Notes under the pieces: generated by a model
The model's database searches: none
Told to the model about the DNA's origin: nothing
The model's input: the letters and a program-made list of their open reading frames with translations, nothing else
NCBI GenBank assembly: GCA_046563655.1
Contig: CM102289.1
Location: 6,076,001-6,140,000 of the forward strand
Source: Yuukianura sp. NJ FZ-2021
Taxonomy: Eukaryota
Direction of reading: 5' to 3'
DNA length: 64,000 nt
Made by a program: the position numbers and the translations under genes
In this document: positions 63,157 to 64,000 of the stretch, in pieces
How the letters are laid out: each line of letters starts with the position of its first letter
Position numbering within the stretch: position 1 is the stretch's first letter

Positions 63157-63474
63157 ATGAATTTCAAAATACTAATTCTGTTAGCATTGGTAATGGTATT
63201 TGCCTACACGAACGTCGCTGGTAAGATCTAATTCATAACTTAAAAACAATAATTAAATTAAGCGAGCTATTAAATTGCATTGAGTTTTAAAAATCTAAAA
63301 GGTTCCTTCATTCTTTCTTTTATTTTTGAAATTGAAAAAAATCCAGAGGCCCAAACATACAGTCGTCTTTGCAGTTCCGGATGCCGCCGAAAGTCAGACC
63401 AAATTTCAAAGTGTTGCAAAGCACATCAGTGGCAAGGCGGATGGTGCCAAGGATCAGCTGCCTTCTGCATTTAA
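63157..63474 (+). CDS. Secreted 6-Cys diapausin-like (antifungal-type) peptide
   Basis: Exon 1, 63157-63220, encodes the signal peptide MNFKILILLALVMVFAYTNVA. Intron 63221-63346. Exon 2 gives EAQTYSRLCSSGCRRKSDQISKCCKAHQWQGGWCQGSAAFCI: C-x3-C-x9-CC-xAH...C-x6-C, the diapausin spacing. Confidence 0.78.
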
Positions 63475-64000
63475 CCACTTTTAGTTTTTAATTAACAGAA
63501 TTAAAGAAACGCCTTTCCTTTAACCTTACAGAAAATTCAACTTGGTTGTCAAGGGCGCTTGGAATTACTACTTAAAATTAGAAAATATAATTTTGAAATT
63601 GAATTTTTGAACAATTTTGTGAAAATTGCTTATGTACAAGGAACTCAAAAACAAGTGCTTCATTTTTTGACAGTAAAGATAAGAAAAGACGACGTCATTC
63701 TTGACTTTGACATTTCCAGTGATAACCTTGAAGCCATTTCTTTGGTTTACTAAAGTTAAGAACATAAAGCATTCTACTGATTCTGAACTCTACTGAAAGC
63801 AGGAGACTAGGTCAGACGGTTTGGTTCATCCGCTTCAAACTAGGTTGACCAAATAAGAAAAACAAGGCTATTCCAGAGAGTGCATCTGACTGAACAAACA
63901 GAGAATCATTTCAAAACGGACTTCCAAACACTCAAGAAGTCAATTCAAAGTTTGCTGTGAAATCTACTATGGCATTTGCTGGTAAACGCGTTTTGATTAC

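Overview
AT-rich, intron-rich eukaryotic DNA (short introns of about 55-110 bp), almost certainly a hexapod/arthropod. The mix of a gustatory receptor, spaetzle, diapausin and microbial-type terpene synthases suggests a springtail (Collembola), but that is inference. The left part (1-40.3 kb) holds ordinary host genes: a Venus kinase receptor, a multi-PDZ (big bang/PDZD2-like) protein, Nse4, mitochondrial Era GTPase, a stand-alone ZCCHC24-type 3CxxC zinc finger, a spaetzle-like cystine-knot protein and a gustatory receptor. The right part (42-63.5 kb) is an uninterrupted run of secondary-metabolism genes: two intronless microbial-type class I terpene synthases (one with an in-frame TGA/local frameshift), three clan-2-type cytochrome P450s, an SDR, a 2OG-Fe(II) dioxygenase, an ABCC exporter and a diapausin-like cysteine-rich peptide. 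This looks like a candidate terpenoid biosynthetic gene cluster in an animal genome. Exon boundaries were read by eye, and no database searches were run.
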